A stretch of DNA of 64,000 nucleotides from Amphiscolops sp. MND2022 (Eukaryota): contig OZ076409.1 of assembly GCA_964187785.1 (NCBI GenBank), forward strand, positions 34,536,001 through 34,600,000, given 5' to 3'. A program made the translations under genes and the position numbers. Below are positions 61,154 to 64,000 of this stretch, one piece after another (position 1 is the stretch's first letter; the number at the start of each line of letters is the position of its first letter). The notes below the pieces were generated by a model that was not told where the DNA came from, ran no database searches, and saw only the letters and a program-made list of their open reading frames with translations.

Positions 61154-61592
61154 CGAAGTATTCAAAAGAAGACCCTTTAGGTTTGCATAAAACATTTTTC
61201 CAAGCCGAACTTTTTTTTCAAAAAGTGAAGGGGTACCTTTTGACCAAACGTTTTTTTTTAAAAAAGTCTCATCAGTCCCACATTACCAAAAAAGAACGTA
61301 ATAAAGCACATTTAGTCTCGGAAAGTTTTTCATTAACAGAACAAGCAAAAAGATATGTTTTAAAAACATTTCTAATTGTTTTCTTCAAAAATCATTTAGT
61401 AACTCGAGAGACTAGAGAGACTCTGTTTGATTCCATAGAAGGGCATTGCTGTTTTTAGTCGGCGCAATTTAACAAAATGAGCCCGACTATTACAAAGGCA
61501 AGTTTTTTTCTTTTTTTTTTGCGACAGATGAAAGAATGTATGTGTAGTGGAAACTTTTTACAGAACTACTAAACTAGTAGTAGTTAAACTAC

Positions 61593-64000
61593 TTCTATCA
61601 AAAGCTGAATCTCATCTAATCAAGTTTCCTAATGAGTTTTTCTCGGGTGAACCTAATCGTCATCAGATACCCGTTACGATCTTCATTGTGGCGTCTGGAT
61701 GTCTAGACTTCTAATGATATACCACAGTTAAAATTTTTAAAAAGTCTCACAGTACCAGAAAAGCCCAAAGGGGGACCCTTTGCTCCTATATAGCTTCTAA
61801 ATTTTTAGTAAAAATGTAAAATCAAAGCGGAATCTTTGGTCTCTTTAGGTACCCTTTAGACCTTCAGATAGTGGGCCATTAAATTGAATACTGTCATATG
61901 ACGAAAAAAACTGGACGATGTAATAGTCGGGGACATTTCTTACAAATAGCTTAGTCTAAAATGTAGGTTTCAAAGTAAATCAGATAGAAATATCTTTGAT
62001 TATTGTGAAGTTAGAAGACTAATAGTTCGCATTTAATACGTACGAAGAGTTATATCATTTTGGCTGTTCTACGCCATACGTATATGCAATTCTTTACAGG
62101 TTGGCGATACTGCGCCAATCAAGACATTGACCTAATGGCATGGCCGATAACTTTTTCAATCAGGTTTTCAATTTTTCACTATTATTCGCAGTTTTAAATG
62201 TTCAACATTGGCGACGGGATAAGAAACATACTTTTTTCAAGATAACTTCGTTTTTTGATTTGAACAAATTCATATATATTCCAATTTTCACGGTATAGCT
62301 ACTAGAGCTTTCAAACAAAGACCTTTTCAGCTACATGAGTGCTTCCAAATTTAAAGTTGTCCCTTTTGTTTCAGCTTTGTGTGGGGACGTCCTGACTCAG
62401 GAATCGACCGGGGCCTTTAGGACAAACAGAGCACGACAGAGGTGGGCATCAGCCATCAGCACCCGACAACAGTCCTTTAAACTGCTCAGTTTTGGCTCCC
62501 GGCTGCTTTTTTAACTTTTTGCATAGAAACCCCACCCTCGAGACTTTTCACTGTTGGCACCTTAATGACGAGGCCACCAAGTTGCTGATCACACTGGCTT
62601 AACTGCTAACTCTCGGCAATTCACTGTTCACACTTGACCCGACTGACTCGATGTACTCGGCAACCAATAGAAACTAAGCAACTGTAGACTGTAGTATAGA
62701 GGTTGTGGCTGACAAAAATATTTGCTGCTACTCGTGGGCGAAAGCAAAGAAACAGCCAATTGAAATGAAGCAACATATCACGTGCTCTCATTGTGACTGG
62801 CACAAACGGAACCCTCGCACCCAATTAAATTTGAGACGCGAGCAAACTCGGTGAAAAAAGACTCATCGAAAAACATTGCAATTTCATACACTTCATCTGT
62901 AAATACTCCTTTCAATTTTTTATTTTACGATTTTGGTGCTTAATGAAAACTTTAAAAACCGACTTTTAAAATGAATTTCAATTTATTTCAATTTTTAAAA
63001 TCTAGATCAAAGCTCTGAATCAATCAAAAGTTCATGATTTCAATCACAATCATAAAAATCTACAAAAAATTACAAAAGTTTCGGAGCTTTGAGCTTTATA
63101 ATTTTACTGACAGACTTGATACTTCAAGAATTTTTGAATTTCCAAAATATTCATTATTGTTTTGATTCTATGATTGTAATGTACTTGTAGATTAGCCTAC
63201 TTTATTTTGATTGGATGATTAATTTCACCCTTTTATTTCACCTCGAATGAAACGAGACCCCATTTTGAGCGACTAAATTTTCCTAACTTTTTAAACAACA
63301 CTCCTTTGGTGCCATTGACTCTCCTTTTAAACGATTGCCTACCTTTGGCCTCAAGCGTATGTGTAATTAACTTCTTCACTTTCCTTTTTTTCAATACTCC
63401 TCTTTCAAATTGCTGAAAACGAGAAAATTTTAGCATATAACGCATTTAGCATAGATGGAGAGTCGAAGTATCCAAACCTAAGTGAAGCTATAGGTACAGA
63501 AGCAGCAGCTAAAGTCCCAGGAGCAAACGCTTCTAAGGCTTGATCTGAATTAGAACATAATTTTCTGTTTGAAATCCAATAAAATTTTGAAAAAGTTATA
63601 TATAAAAGCACTTTCAATAATTTTGGAAACTTTTGAACTTTAGTGTGCAATATCAAAAACTACTGGTCACAATCGCATTTTGTGACCATTTTGGGATGTA
63701 AATTTTCAACGAGAGCGTTTTCAGAAAAAAATGTTGAATTCAAAAATTAGTGATGTGAATTGGAAGAACAAAGTTTTTCTCGCGCATTTTTGGTTACAAA
63801 CAACGGTTTTCGAGATATTGCACGATAATTTTTGGCATAGCCAAAAGTCTAAACCAAACTTAGTGTTATATCTTTTGTAAACAAGCTGGAAAGGTCCCAA
63901 GTCGGCGCCCCGCTCATGGGTAAAGTGTGTTAAATATGCGAAGGGACATTAATGTGAGAACATTTATCAACTTTAGTGCCAAAAGTACCCAAAGGGATAC
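61593..64000 (+). repeat. Segmental duplication, copy 2 (runs off the window)
   Basis: Matches 31307-33715 with a few SNPs and a 1-bp indel. Confidence 0.95.

Noticed and set aside
59330..61195. 621-aa ORF as a distinct gene
   Set aside because: It is a chimera of flank, LTR remnant, filler and truncated pol

Overview
AT-rich eukaryotic (probably invertebrate) genomic DNA made almost entirely of mobile elements. (1) 1-3707: one end of a Polinton/Maverick (adintovirus-like) element. It has an AGTAGT terminus, a polB ORF running off the window, two accessory ORFs and a structured leader, and it appears to have inserted into a coding exon of a spliced, decayed host gene. (2) ~5-34 kb: Helentron-type non-autonomous repeats, MITEs, long palindromes and a decayed LINE. 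(3) 34057-61153: a young, three-LTR tandem Ty3/Gypsy retrotransposon with a 14,354-bp unit, TG..CA ends and one 5-bp CGAAG target duplication. Its ~1.79-kb LTRs overlap coding sequence at both edges: gag starts inside the LTR and reads through the PBS, and an extra ORF ends inside the LTR. No polypurine tract is visible, and pol is reached by a -1 frameshift. Between pol and the 3' LTR it carries an antisense 5-exon gene for a ~1279-aa protein that looks like a catalytically degenerate hAT-transposase derivative, plus a divergent acidic protein with SIM-like and CxxC motifs. This cargo is the best candidate for an undescribed system. The flank is also tandemly duplicated (31307-33715 vs 61593-64000). 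All calls are by eye; no searches were run.
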